NCBI GenBank assembly: GCA_002269645.1
Contig: NIVC01001359.1
Span: 79,651 to 143,650, forward strand
Direction of reading: 5' to 3'
Source of the DNA: Macrostomum lignano
Lineage: Eukaryota
Length of the DNA: 64,000 nt
The notes below the pieces were generated by a model. It had not been told where the DNA came from. It did not search any database and was given only the letters and a program-made list of their open reading frames with translations. How positions within the stretch are numbered: position 1 is the stretch's first letter; the number at the start of each line of letters is the position of its first letter. The position numbers were made by a program, and so were the translations under genes. Below, piece after piece: positions 47,101-58,409 of this stretch.

Positions 47101-50100
47101 ATTCTGGATCTTCTGATGACTTTGTTCAATGTTTCATTGAATCTTTCCACCTCCCCATTTGCTGCTGGGTGATGCGGAATTATCCGAGAGTGAATGACGC
47201 CTTGACTGTTAAGGTATTCGTCAACGACTTTCAAACAGAAATTTGTTCCGTTGTCTGAGACGAGTTCTTTCATTGGTCCAAATAGTGAAATCACTTTCTT
47301 TAGAATTCGCACTATGTTGCTGGCTTCTGTGCGCTTCATGATGAACACTAGAGGAAATCTCGAGTGGTAGTCGATGAAAACTAACAGGTTGCTACCATTC
47401 GGAAGTGGTCCTTTGAAGTCCATTGCCACTTTGTCCCACGGCTTATCCGGAATTTCCGTTGGCACAATTGGGATCTGACTTCCTTTTTTCGTTGTGTGGA
47501 TGCACACATTGCATTTCTTGCAAAAGATCTCTACGTCTTTGCTTATACCAGGCCAAAATACGGTACTTCGCAGTCGTTCTTTGGCTTTGGAAATGCCTTG
47601 ATGTCCTTCATGGGCAATTAACAGAGCTTTTTGTCGCAGACTCTTTGGCAAGACAATGCGGTCCTCGTACAGGAGAATTCCATTCTGCTCCGATAGTTTA
47701 TTTCTTTCTGCAAATAGTTTGTTGTGCTTTTTCCATGTTCCTCCTGATACTATTGATTCCAGTGCCTCGACAATTTCATCATCAATCGCAGAATCTTTTC
47801 GGATCTGCTCTAAGCTCAGAGCTGTGCTTACTGCGCTTTCAAGTTTGCTGTTAATGAATGCAATGTCGCGTCGATTGCAGAGTGTGTCATTTGGTGTTTT
47901 CACCGGTTGTCTCGACAAAATATCTGCCTCGTTGGTGTCGCCTGGTTCATATTTTATCTTAAAGTTGAATGGCTGCAATCTCATTGCCCAACGCTCAATT
48001 CTTGGTGGTGGTTTTGAGTTCAATGCAAAACATCCGAGTAGAGGTTTATGATCCGTTATTACCGTAAATTTGGCTGCTCCTTTGAGAAAGTGAGAAAATT
48101 TCTCGCATCCCCATTTAATTGCCAATGCTTCTCGCTCGATTTGACTGTATCGAGTCTCCACGTCTGTGAGAGTTCTACTGGCATAGCAAACTAGCTGTAG
48201 ATTTCTATCTTTCTGCCGCTGAACCAAGATCGCACCAAGACCGACAGGACTAGTGTTTCCATTGAGCTGATCACTGCTTTGATGCTGTTGAAAGAATTTT
48301 CTTGTTCTGGACCCCATTCCCAGAATCCCAGGTTTTTCCTTTCTTTGTGAGGTCATTCAGAGGCTTCGACAAGGTTGCTAGGTTTGGTACGAATCGAGCA
48401 ACAACAATTTGACTTCACTTGGATTGCACGGTGGTTTGAACATTTGAATAGCTTCCGTTTTCTTCTCGTGGATGGTTATTCCCTTCTCGGTTAGAAGAAA
48501 TCCCATAAAAGTAGCTTTACTCATTCCAAATTTGCATTTTTCCTTTCCAACGGTCATGCCCTTCTCCACGAGCCTTGCTAAGACCTGCTTTAGCCTGTTG
48601 TTGTGTTCCTTGACGTCTTTTCCATACACAATTATATCATCCTGAATATTTAGCAGTCCTTGTAAACCAGCCAAAACTTTTGTCATGTAGGCTTGAAGAT
48701 AGAATGACGAGTTGACCCAACCCATCGGCAATCGTTTGTACCTGTACAGCGGTTGTCCAGGGATTCCTGTTGAGAACGTTGTCAGATGTCTAGATTTACT
48801 GTCCAGTTCAATTTGATAGAACATTTTCTTGCCATCAATGTAGCTGAAGCAGCTTGCTTCTCCTATATTGGTGAGCTGATCATCCAGAGATGGGATAGGA
48901 AATTGTAGCTTTTCCGTTGCCTCGTTTAAGTTTCGTAAGTCAACGGTCAGTCGTACCTTACCAGTCTTTCCTTTTGGGACGACAACTAGCCGCGAAAGCC
49001 ATGCACTGGGACCATCAACTTTCTCTATGATTCCTGAGTTTTCCTGCTCTTCCAGTTCTTGTAGGAGTGCTTCTCTGAGATGGGCAGCTACTCTTGTTAT
49101 TGATTGTGATGTCGGCGTGCTTCCTTCCTTCAGAGCAATGGTCACTGCTGGCTGCGTGGTCAATCTACCAACTCCCTGAAATACCTCCTGATGATCTTTC
49201 AGAATTTGTTCGATTTCTTCGTTTTTCTTCTCAATCTGATTGATCGTTATCTGCAGCAAATTCAAATCGATGCTGTCTTGACATCCAAGTATTGTCACAG
49301 CGTTGATACCGCACGTCACGATAAATTTGATTCGCTTCACTGAGTCTCCAGCCATCACAACCAGTGTTGTTGTTCCCAAGACTTCCAGCGCCTTTTTCGA
49401 CATATAGGCATATAGTCTTGGCTTTTCTGATCTGTTTAGGACGGTATCCTTTGACTTCACTGACTCCCACGATTTCATACTTATCAAACTTGCTGAAGAT
49501 CCGGAGTCAATGAGCACTGTACTCTCAATACCATTGATCTTCACTTTGGCTCTTGCGCCTGCTGATTCCTTCGATTCAGTCATAGCGACAGTGTTGATCT
49601 CTTCACCATTCGATTCGTCGTTGCCATTTTGCTCTTCCGGTTGCTCAGATATCTGAATATTTCTGGTTTTTATTCTGCTCCCTGTCTTTAGACATAGTCT
49701 ACATGCTTGCTTGATGTGCCCTTTCTTATGGCAAAATTTGCATTCCATGTTACGAGCGAAGCAATCCCAGGGACGGTGACCTGTTCTGTTGCATCTGTAG
49801 CAGACTCGATCGCACTTGTTGGTGTTTGGAGTTGATGTCCGCTTGTCAGTCTGTTTGAACTGTAGCTTGTTAGTTGGTCTGTTGTGCAAGTTGCAGTACT
49901 TTGCTGCACTTTTTAGACGACTGTAGAAGGAATCAAACGTTTCTCCCTCTATCTGGCTAACTGACAGCAGCTTGTAAGTCTCATGGACGCTATTGGTTGC
50001 ACCTTGGAATAGAGAGCTGAGTGCTTCCTTCGTTGCTTCGTAGCCTTGTTCATAGCTTACGGTTTGCAACAGCTTTCAGATTTTCGGCCTTGCTAGAAGC

Positions 50101-51548
50101 AAGAATGTAGCTTGCTTCTTTTCGTCGGCTATTCCTTGCATTTCCATGAACAGCTCGACTTCCTGCACATACTCGTTCCACTTATCTGCATTGTTGAGCG
50201 GATCTTCGTCTGGATCGAAATGCCCAATGCTGTAGAACTGTGCTGAGGCCATCCTGCGAGGTATTTTCTCAATAGTACATCCGTAGCTTTTCTCATCCCA
50301 CCGCTGCCACCAATGTGGTGTTCGTGTGGCCAAGCAATCTAAAGTTTCTCTTGGCGGTCGCGTGTATTATAAAGAATAGAATACTCTATGGTACAAGCAT
50401 AGATAAATGAAATGAACAATCAGTCTGGGGATACCACATGTATTTTATTTATTTGCAACTTATATTAAAGCCCATAGACTATGGCAAGATACAGCCAAGG
50501 CCTTTCACAATCACAAGTAGCATTTATACCAAAGGTCACTTCTAGCCTATATGCCAGATCTAGCCCACAAAGACTTTCCGTGTGGCCCACAAACTTCCTT
50601 TATCTTTATTATTAAAATCTGGCCTAGGGTGGCTCTGGAAACCTATATAGTAACTTCATTATTTGGTCCACAAATTTTGTGTGCACTTAAAATGGGGAAT
50701 TTCTATTCCTTTTCTCAATTGTCAATTTAATAACAAATGTGAGTGGCTGTTTACAAAGTCTAGACTAGACAGAACATCAGTTCAAAATTTGAATAGAATA
50801 GAAATAGAGGAACTAATAGCAAAGGAAAGTGGGATGGTGAAGCTGGCCAAAAATGTGGTTATAAATGTACATTGATAGGGTTGACTGTACAGTAGAATCA
50901 GACTTTCTAAGAATGCATTAAATTAGGTAAATTTGTGGCACAACCAGAAACTTGTTGAGAGGCAGATACTCACTTTGACCAGTAAGACTAGGCCAAGTGG
51001 GGGGTAAATATTATATGCCCCATTTATTACTTTGTTTATAGCAAAACAACTTAGAACTTGTTTCTCAGTTGTTTTGGCAGCCATAGATAAAAAATAAATG
51101 GAAGATTGTTTCTTCTTAGTTTGTCTATAAAAGATTTTTGATGTCATAGCTTTTTTAGAAGTCAAAGTCTTTCTGGTTGAAATGCAAATTGAAGTTTTGC
51201 CTAATTATAACCTGACTGCAGGCTGACCTGAACCACCTGTTCAACTGGAATGTTAAACAACTATTTGTCTATATCACGGCCCATTACAAGACTGAAAAGA
51301 ATGCCTTTAATCAGGTAGTTCTATGGGATAAAATTATTCGCCGAGGTGAATCAGCCCGACTGCAATACAGCCGCGTTAATCCCAAGTATTATTTCTGGGA
51401 CGATGGATTTGGCCTGCGCGGCAATCCCAATGTGACACTGGCTCTGCAGTACAATGTCATCCCTAATAGTGGCCGACTATTGAACATCTATGCGGAGGGT
51501 AGGCATGTAGTGTCTATGCCAGAGAACTACATCAAGGGTCGCGCTTGA
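44133..51548 (+). CDS. SPCS3: Signal peptidase complex subunit 3, 2 exons: 44133-44345, 51222-51548; 179 aa
   Basis: MNTFLSRLNSLFA and /ADLNHLFNWNVKQLFVYITAHYKT..NQVVLWDKII..KYYFWDDGFGLRGN; the 6.9 kb phase-0 intron holds the LTR element. Confidence 0.95.
46547..50252 (-). pseudogene. gag-pol of the gypsy element, broken by frameshifts and small deletions
   Basis: Two CCHC knuckles (CYRCNRTGHRPWDC, CKFCHKKGHIKQAC), protease LIDSGS, RT VDLRNLN and IQDD, RNase H YASRTL..YSQIEREALAI, integrase HHCC plus MDFKGP/SDNG/EVERFN; frame breaks near 50070, 48370 and 46860. Confidence 0.9.
50295..50312 (-). promoter_or_regulatory. Primer-binding site complementary to the 3' end of tRNA-Leu(AAG/UAG)
   Basis: Plus strand ATCCCACCGCTGCCACCA equals the 3' 18 nt of metazoan tRNA-Leu(AAG/UAG) as recalled; one base from the 5' LTR. 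Confidence 0.8.
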
Positions 51549-51834
51549 ACGCTTGAAATTAATGCAGTTGGAAATTTCAACCACAGAACTTAACTATTTG
51601 AATTATAGCGGTTAGAGAAGTGGTATAGGTACCGAATGTCATTGATTTGCAATAAAATAGTGGGCGCCCCTCATATTTAAATGTACTTTTAGATTGTTTG
51701 TTTTGAAAATATGCCTTTGTGCATTGCGCTAGCCTTGTTCAAATATCCTGCTATATCTTCTGTTTTAATGTTTTGCTGTGCCGGTGTTTGGGTTTTGATG
51801 TAATTTCTCAAGTGCTATTTCAGCTGTCGCTTAT

Positions 51835-51985
51835 CATCTCCCATAAACTACCCTGCAGAATCGCCCAAAAAATACCCTGCAGAATCGCCCATAAACTACC
51901 CTGCAGAATCGCCCATAAACTACCCAATAGAATCGCCCATAGACTACCCAATAGAATCGCCCATAGACTACCCTGGGTTACTGGG
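51835..51985. repeat. Minisatellite, 24 bp unit (TACCCTGCAGAATCGCCCATAAAC)
   Basis: About 6 tandem copies downstream of SPCS3. Confidence 0.85.
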
Positions 51986-52479
51986 AAATCGCCGTAATTC
52001 CCCTTAAGAATAGTTTTTAAACTAGACTGCAATTAATCTTTAAACTAGCCCAGAAAAAATGTTTCTTTTGTTTCACTAACAATCGTCCTTTTGGAATGTT
52101 TTTCTTGCTCTGTTTGTTTACTTCAAGTTCAATTTGTTTATAATTGTATTGGTTTGCTTCTTTTATTGCTTAAATTCAATGTTAATGCTGTTTCTGTTCT
52201 TTGTGTGTTCAGTTTATGTAATAAACCAAGAAAAAATTAACTCTTGCTATTTATAAGTCTTGTTGGCTAGTTCTGTATTTCATTTTCAATGCTATAATTT
52301 TTCTTGTTCATTTTTCAGTGTCTCTGACTATGCTTATTTACAATACATTCGTTTCAAAATATGAAATATAATTGAAAGATTGATTCTTTTGTTCTGTCCG
52401 TCTGACTGTGCGTTGCTTTGTTTGGTTGAAGATTAACGGTTTCTTTGAAAATTATGTTATTTGCTGTGCGCCCGGTTTC

Positions 52480-52700
52480 ACTCTGAGAATCGCCCCTAAT
52501 TGGCTGAGAATCACACGTGGGTTACTCTGAGAATCGCCCTGATTAGCTGAGAATCGCCCTTGGTTGGTTGAGAATCACCCGTGGGTTACTCTGAGAATCG
52601 CCCTGCCCTGATTAGCTGAGAATCACCCGTGGATTACTCTGAGAATCGCCCTGATTAGCTGAGAATCACCTGTGCTACTCCTAGAATCTCCCCTGTTTAT
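52480..52700. repeat. Degenerate minisatellite with a CTGAGAATCGCCC core
   Basis: Repeated CTGAGAATC(G/A)CCC motifs. Confidence 0.75.
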
Positions 52701-52899
52701 CAATAGTAGGCTCAGTCTGGACTCATTGCACTAGACTATCAACCTGCTGAGAATTTCTTCAGACCTCAGGTGAGAGTCTCATCCTGAAACCTGAGACCCT
52801 TATTGTGAATCGCCCCAGAATTTTACCTTTAAACCCCAGACTCTCACCTCTGCGAATCGTTCTCAAGCTCACCCAGAGTCTTCCTCAGACTCTCATCAT

Positions 52900-53205
52900 G
52901 AGAACCTTGAAGACTCACCCCTGAGAATCGTCTTCAGACTTTAACCCTGAAAATCGTCTTCAGACCTTAACCCTGAGAATCTTCCTCAGACCCTCACCCC
53001 AGAGAATCTTCCTCAGGCCCTCATCCCAGAGAATCTTCCTCAGACCCTCACCCCAGAGAATCTTCCTCAGGCCCTCATCCCAGAGAATCTTCCTCAGACC
53101 CTCATCCCAGAGAATCTTCCTCAGACCCTCACCCCAGAGAATCTTCCTCAGACCCTCATCCCAGAGAATCTTCCTCAAGACTCTCACCCTAGAGAATCGT
53201 GTTAA
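52900..53205. repeat. Minisatellite, 27 bp unit (CCTCAGACCCTCACCCCAGAGAATCTT), upstream of the LETMD1 coding region
   Basis: Tandem copies; source of ORF 52960-53187. Confidence 0.9.
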
Positions 53206-53298
53206 GACTCTCGCCTCGCCTTCAACTTGTCTTTAACTTATGCCACCCGAACCGCCTGCAGCTCAGCAGTCAGTGTACGGCAGTACATAAAACCGATC

Positions 53299-55491
53299 AT
53301 GAAGGAGCTACCGGACAAGCGAGTTGACGCCAGCATTGCCTGGTACCGCCGCTTCCTAGTCTGGGTTGAGCACCGTTGGCGGGACCGCAGTCCCGGCACC
53401 CACAAACTGTTTCGCACATTTCAAACTGGCGTTGGTGGCCTAGTAACCGATTTCCAAGATTTTGTAACCGTGTGGACTCGCGTCTCGGGAGGAGGTGCTC
53501 CGTATTCTCACCTGGGCTATCGGGAGATTTCACTGCTGAGACTGGTGCCAAAGGAGCTGGCTAGGGCCACTCCTGCACTGTGTATTTCGGCCCTGCCAGG
53601 CACCGTACTGTTTCTGCCTGTTCTGTGAGTCTGTGAGATTTTGAACCCACAATTCCAATCCCCGGAACTGTTTTGCATGTATTTCTAAATTCAAAAGTCA
53701 TTCTCGCATCATACTTGGACTTAAAATGGCTGTCTCTGATAGCCAGCCAATGTAAAAAAATCTATGCAACGCCTGAAGTAATACTCAAAAAAAATAGTGC
53801 GGCTGCCGGCTGGGTTGCCGGGCAGAATAATGTCTGTCTAAACCATGCATTGCATTGGATCCCCCGTGTCCTTTGAAACTTGTCTCTCCTCTCTCATTTT
53901 GTTTTCTGAGCTTATCTATCATCTCGTCTTCTCTCCTCTCTTCTCTCCTCTCTCTCTTCAGTCTTCTCTATTCTCTAATATCACCTCTCTTCTCTCCCCT
54001 TTCTCTTCTCTAATCTCTTATCTCTCCTCTCTTCTCTCCTCTCTCTCTTCACTAATCTCTTATCTCTCCTCTCTTCTCTCCCCTTTCTCTTCTCTAATCT
54101 CTTATCTCTCCTCTCTTCTCTCCCCTCTCTCTTCACTAATCTCTTATCTCTCCTCTCTTCTCTTTCTTCCCGTTACTCTCTCTTCTCTCCCCCCTCTCTC
54201 AGAGGAGAGAGAAAAGAGAAAAGGGAAGAGACTTGGATTTAGGAAATTTTATTAAGGTAACCTAAAACATTCACCGTCGTGAGTTTAGGGTGGGTGCAAA
54301 ATATGGTGCCATTTGATTGTCTCTGTGTACAAATTTGTTCGCTATGGACTCCCAAACCACTCAGAGTTTTCATTTTTATAGGTAGAGATGATATTGATTT
54401 ATGATCCCCAATCATTCAACAATTCCATTCTCATTTTCAGCTTCTACTTTCCCCGTCTGTTTCTAACCGAGCACTTCTGGACACCCGAGCAGCGCCTGGA
54501 GTTCAGCAGTGCTCAACTGCGCAGGCGCCAGTCTGAGTACAGGCATCTCATTGACGATCTGGCTTTTTTGCAGCCACAGCTGGACAGCGCCGCCTTGAGA
54601 ACTCTGCTGCACAATGTCAGTCAATATCGCTTTATTGATGTTGAAATCTTATGTCGGCCTAATCCGCTTATTCCATTCAAATTTCAGATTCGAACTGGAA
54701 AGCCGAACTCGCCAGATCTCCTAGCTGGCAGTGTTGAAGCGTTTGAGCACGACTGTCTGCAGTTCGATTATCTCAGCTATAAGCACGCTGTGAGCTTTCG
54801 GACTCTCCCCAGATCCTCAGTTGCTGGGCCAGCCTTTCAGATCCTCAGTTGCTGGGCCAGCTTCCCAGATCCTCAGTTGCTGGGCCAGCCTCCCAGATCT
54901 TCAGTTGCTGGGCCAGCCTCCCAGATCCTCAGTTGCTAGGCCAGCCTCCCAGATCCTCAGTTGCTGGGCCAGCCTCCTAAATCCTCAGTTGCTGGGCCAG
55001 CCTCCCAGATCCCCAGTTGCTGGGCCAGCCTCCCAGATCCCCAGTTGCCAGGCCACCCCAATCCCAATCAGCAGCCAGCGCATGCCCAATGGACATTCCA
55101 GATCCACCTCAGCCGAGCCAGCGGCATCTCCGCCTTCCGCCTGTACCGCGAGTACAGGCTGTGGCGCCTGGCCAAGCTGCTGTACGAAGAGGACCGGGCA
55201 GTGGAGCGGGCCAATTTCGTATTCGCCGATCCAACGAAACCCTCGGACCCGGCGGCGGAGCGCCTGCTGAGACAGCAGTTCTGCTTGGCCAGAGGCTATC
55301 AGTCTTGGAATCGGCCGGACTCCGAGGCCGACAAATTTGTACGCCAATGGTGTCGGCTCAGCGCTGGGCTGCGCGACACAAATAATGAGAGACGGCTGGC
55401 ATTCATGCTGCACCTGCCCAGCCTGATGGCATCTGTTGAGTTTGAGGACTCGCAGAAATCTGTTGACAAGAATAATGAACGGCAGAAGTAA
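53299..55491 (+). CDS. LETMD1: LETM1 domain-containing protein 1-like; exons 53299-53624 (5' end may extend), 54441-54789, 55102-55491
   Basis: LLRLVPKELARATPALCISALPGT..L/FYFPRLFLTEHFWTPEQ and HA/IHLSRA..CLARG match LETMD1-type motifs; splice phases 2 and 0 are consistent. Start codon uncertain because the frame is open further upstream. Confidence 0.75.
53631..54388 (-). mobile_element. Third member of the Helitron family (non-autonomous, GA tract), filling LETMD1 intron 1
   Basis: The minus strand begins A|TCTCTACCTATAAAAATGAAAACTCTG like 24054 and 31962; 53640-53700 is the reverse complement of the Helitron 3' region; the CT-rich interior is a GA tract on the element strand. Confidence 0.8.
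54808..55060 (+). repeat. Intronic minisatellite, 28 bp unit (CCAGCCTCCCAGATCCTCAGTTGCTGGG), LETMD1 intron 2
   Basis: About 9 tandem copies; same family as 10185-10460 and 57290-57345. Confidence 0.93.
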
Positions 55492-55574
55492 CAAATATAT
55501 AAATATGTATAAATATAGAACACTTCTGACCCATTCTGATCTACTGATAATTGCCTTGGAGTGTGCTATGTGCA

Positions 55575-56170
55575 GGTGAGAATCACCACTTATCTTCTCT
55601 GTAAGAATCGCCCTTTTATCTACCCTGTAAGAATCGCCCTTTTATCTACCCTGTGAGAATCGTCCTCTTATCTGCCCTGTGAGAATCGCCCTTTTTTCTA
55701 CCCTGTGAGAATCGCCCTTTTATCTGCCCTGTGAGAATCGCCCTTTTATCTACCGTGAGAATCGCCCTTTTATCTACCCTGTGAGAATCGCCCTTTTATT
55801 TACCCTGTGAGAATCGCCCTTTATCTGCCCTGTGAGAATCGCCCTTTTATCTACCCTGCGAGAATCGCCCTTTTATCTGCCCTGTGAGAATCGCCCTTTT
55901 ATCTACCCTGTGAGAATCGCCCTTTTATCTGCCCTGTGAGAATCGCCCTTTTATCTATCCTGTGAGAATCGCTCTTTTATCTACCCTGTGAGAATCGCCC
56001 TTTTATCTATCCTGTGAGAATCGCTCTTTTATCTACCGTGAGAATCGCCCTTTTATCTACCCTGTGAGAATCGCCCTTTTATCTATCCTGTGAGAATCGC
56101 CCTTTTATCTACCGTGAGAATCGCCCTTTTATCTACCCTGTGAGAATCGCCCTTTTATCTACCCTGTGGG
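55575..56170. repeat. Minisatellite, 24-26 bp unit (GTGAGAATCGCCCTTTTATCTACCCT), downstream of LETMD1
   Basis: More than 20 tandem copies starting at CAG|GTGAGAATC. Confidence 0.95.
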
Positions 56171-57994
56171 ATATCGTCCTTGGTGATGTAGCTTGAGAAT
56201 GGCCTTATTGGCTAATGTCTTCTGTCTTTGCGAACAGCATCCTGAACAGTTTCTGCTCATTATGTTTTCCTAGTTTTGCATAAAATAATGCTAGTAATTT
56301 TTCTAACCAGTCTTATCCATTGACAAGTCGCCAAGATAAAGCTTCCAAATTAATTAAGACAATAAATTTGCTTTGTTCTCTACTACAAGTAGTTAACTAG
56401 TAGTGGTGTCGCATTTTAGCTATTTTATAATTTGAAAAAATGGTTACACAACTATTGTTTTGATATTTTATTACCTAAAAACTGTGAATAGTTTGCACTA
56501 TAAAAATGAATAAAACTTGAGCTTGTGGCGTTTTGCCACCAATTCGACCAACAGAGTACTTGTTGGCTCTGGAAAGCAAGTCAATGAGTTATTATTCGAT
56601 TCATGGTTTAAGGGATACGGGCGAAGACAGACGCACACACCCACACACACACGGAGTCGAACTTGTGGACCACGTATTGTACTTTTAAGTGCGTTAAACT
56701 CAAAGTTCACAGTTCACAGTTAGATGTATGATTATGACTGTAGTTATGCCTCATACAGATGGGGTAAGAAATATGACAAACAAGTTTAGACAAAAATGGC
56801 TTCTATTTTTTTGTCATTTTGCAGTTGGTGCTCTCTAATATTCTTAGCTGCTTTATTAGGGGTGAGCAGTTCAACCAGTATTCTGTTATACAGGCAGAGT
56901 TCAACTCCATTTGTCTATAGAATTTCTCGGACTGCAAAACTGGTTCGGAGATGAATAGAAAGGTCCGACAACTAATGCTTGGGTGCCTTGATTCTACACT
57001 TTGAGCTGCAGTTCGAATACGTCAAATGGCCCATTCTACTTCTACTTGTTTGTCGACGCTCGCGTACGCTCTGTTTAGACTTGCCTTGCCTTGTGCGCGC
57101 AAAGTGAGCGAGATTTTATTTTTAGTTTTATTTTGTAAAAAAAAGTTTTTGGGGTAAAATGTGACACAAAGCTCTTTATGATAGCAGGCACTTTGTTAAA
57201 ACATTTCGTAAAACTCATTATGTACTTTTTATGATTTAACGGACTTTCTTGTTGTGACAGAGAAGGTTGGCCCTCAAGGTTGGGGGCCACCACGAGCCTC
57301 CCAAATCCTCAATTTGTCGGGCCAGCCACCCAGATCCTCAGTTGAAGTTGAAGTTTGCCATAGCCAAAACAATTGTTTCGATCTGAATAGTTTTTACAAT
57401 AATTATCGGACTAAAAGTGTAACCAATGCTTTTAACTATATACTGTATAATTACTGCATATAATACTAAACTGAATGGCTGCTATAGTTCTTATAATAGT
57501 CGATAGTGTTGAGAGCAGGTCAATTGCAATTCAGTCTGCAGTTCCCAGCAGTCAAAAGCAGAAGGAAAGAGATGAAACGACAAACCAGTCGGGTCAGAGT
57601 AAAACGTAAACGGGCTGTCTGTCTCAGCTGGTAAAAGTCTTAATTTCTATGTGACAGGCTGTTGTTTACTATCAGATATTCATTGTTCATTTAGTTTTGA
57701 ATTGCATTCATTTGCATTGTCTGCAGGGACAGATTTGTACAGCTGCTTAAACTTCGTAGCAACATGCCGAGAGCAGGTCAAAGCTCAGCGAGCGGTGGAG
57801 GGTGAGAGGTGTCGCCTTCAAAACCGGTTATAAACTTCTATACATAAACTCCACTCACTCAAGGCACCCGGTCGTATATTGATCGTTTGCTGCTAATTAT
57901 CGTCTGTTAGCAATAAATATCTTATCTTCTCTCGGATATTAATTGTCTCTTTTTAATACTTTGAACTATAGAGACAAAGGTATTAAGCAGTAAG

Positions 57995-58312
57995 TTCTAT
58001 TCTATCACTACAGTCCCAAATTCTGTCACTTCAGTCCTATATGCTGTCACTTCAGTCCTAAATTCTGTCACTTCAGTCCCAAATTCTGTCACTTCAGTCC
58101 TAAATTCTGTCACTTCAGTCCTAAATTCTGTCACTTCAGTCCTAAATTCTGTCACTTCAGTCCTAAATGTTGTCACTACAGTCCCAAATTCTGTCACTTC
58201 AGTCCTAAATTCTGTCACTACAGTCCCAAATTCTGTCACTCCAGGCCCAAATTATGTCATTTCAGTCCCAAATTCTGTCACTCCAGGCCTAAATTCTGTC
58301 ACTCCAGGCCAA
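57995..58312. repeat. Minisatellite, 21 bp unit (TTCTGTCACTTCAGTCCTAAA), upstream of SLC26
   Basis: Tandem copies; source of ORF 57997-58239. Confidence 0.93.
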
Positions 58313-58409
58313 AATTTAAGAACCCCAGTTTGCAGCATAGTAAATGAAGCTTCCATCTCAAATGCGTAATATTTTTCTTCAAATAGTCCAGGTAACTTGC
58401 TAATCACCG

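Larger units (their letters stand above)
46360..50438 (-). mobile_element. Ty3/gypsy LTR retrotransposon (Mag-like), 4079 bp, antisense in the SPCS3 intron
   Basis: 125 bp LTRs at 46360-46484 and 50314-50438 (TG..CA, 2 mismatches); 5-bp TSD TGTAT; PBS at 50295-50312; PPT AAAGGTGGAGGGA at 46485-46497. Confidence 0.96.
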
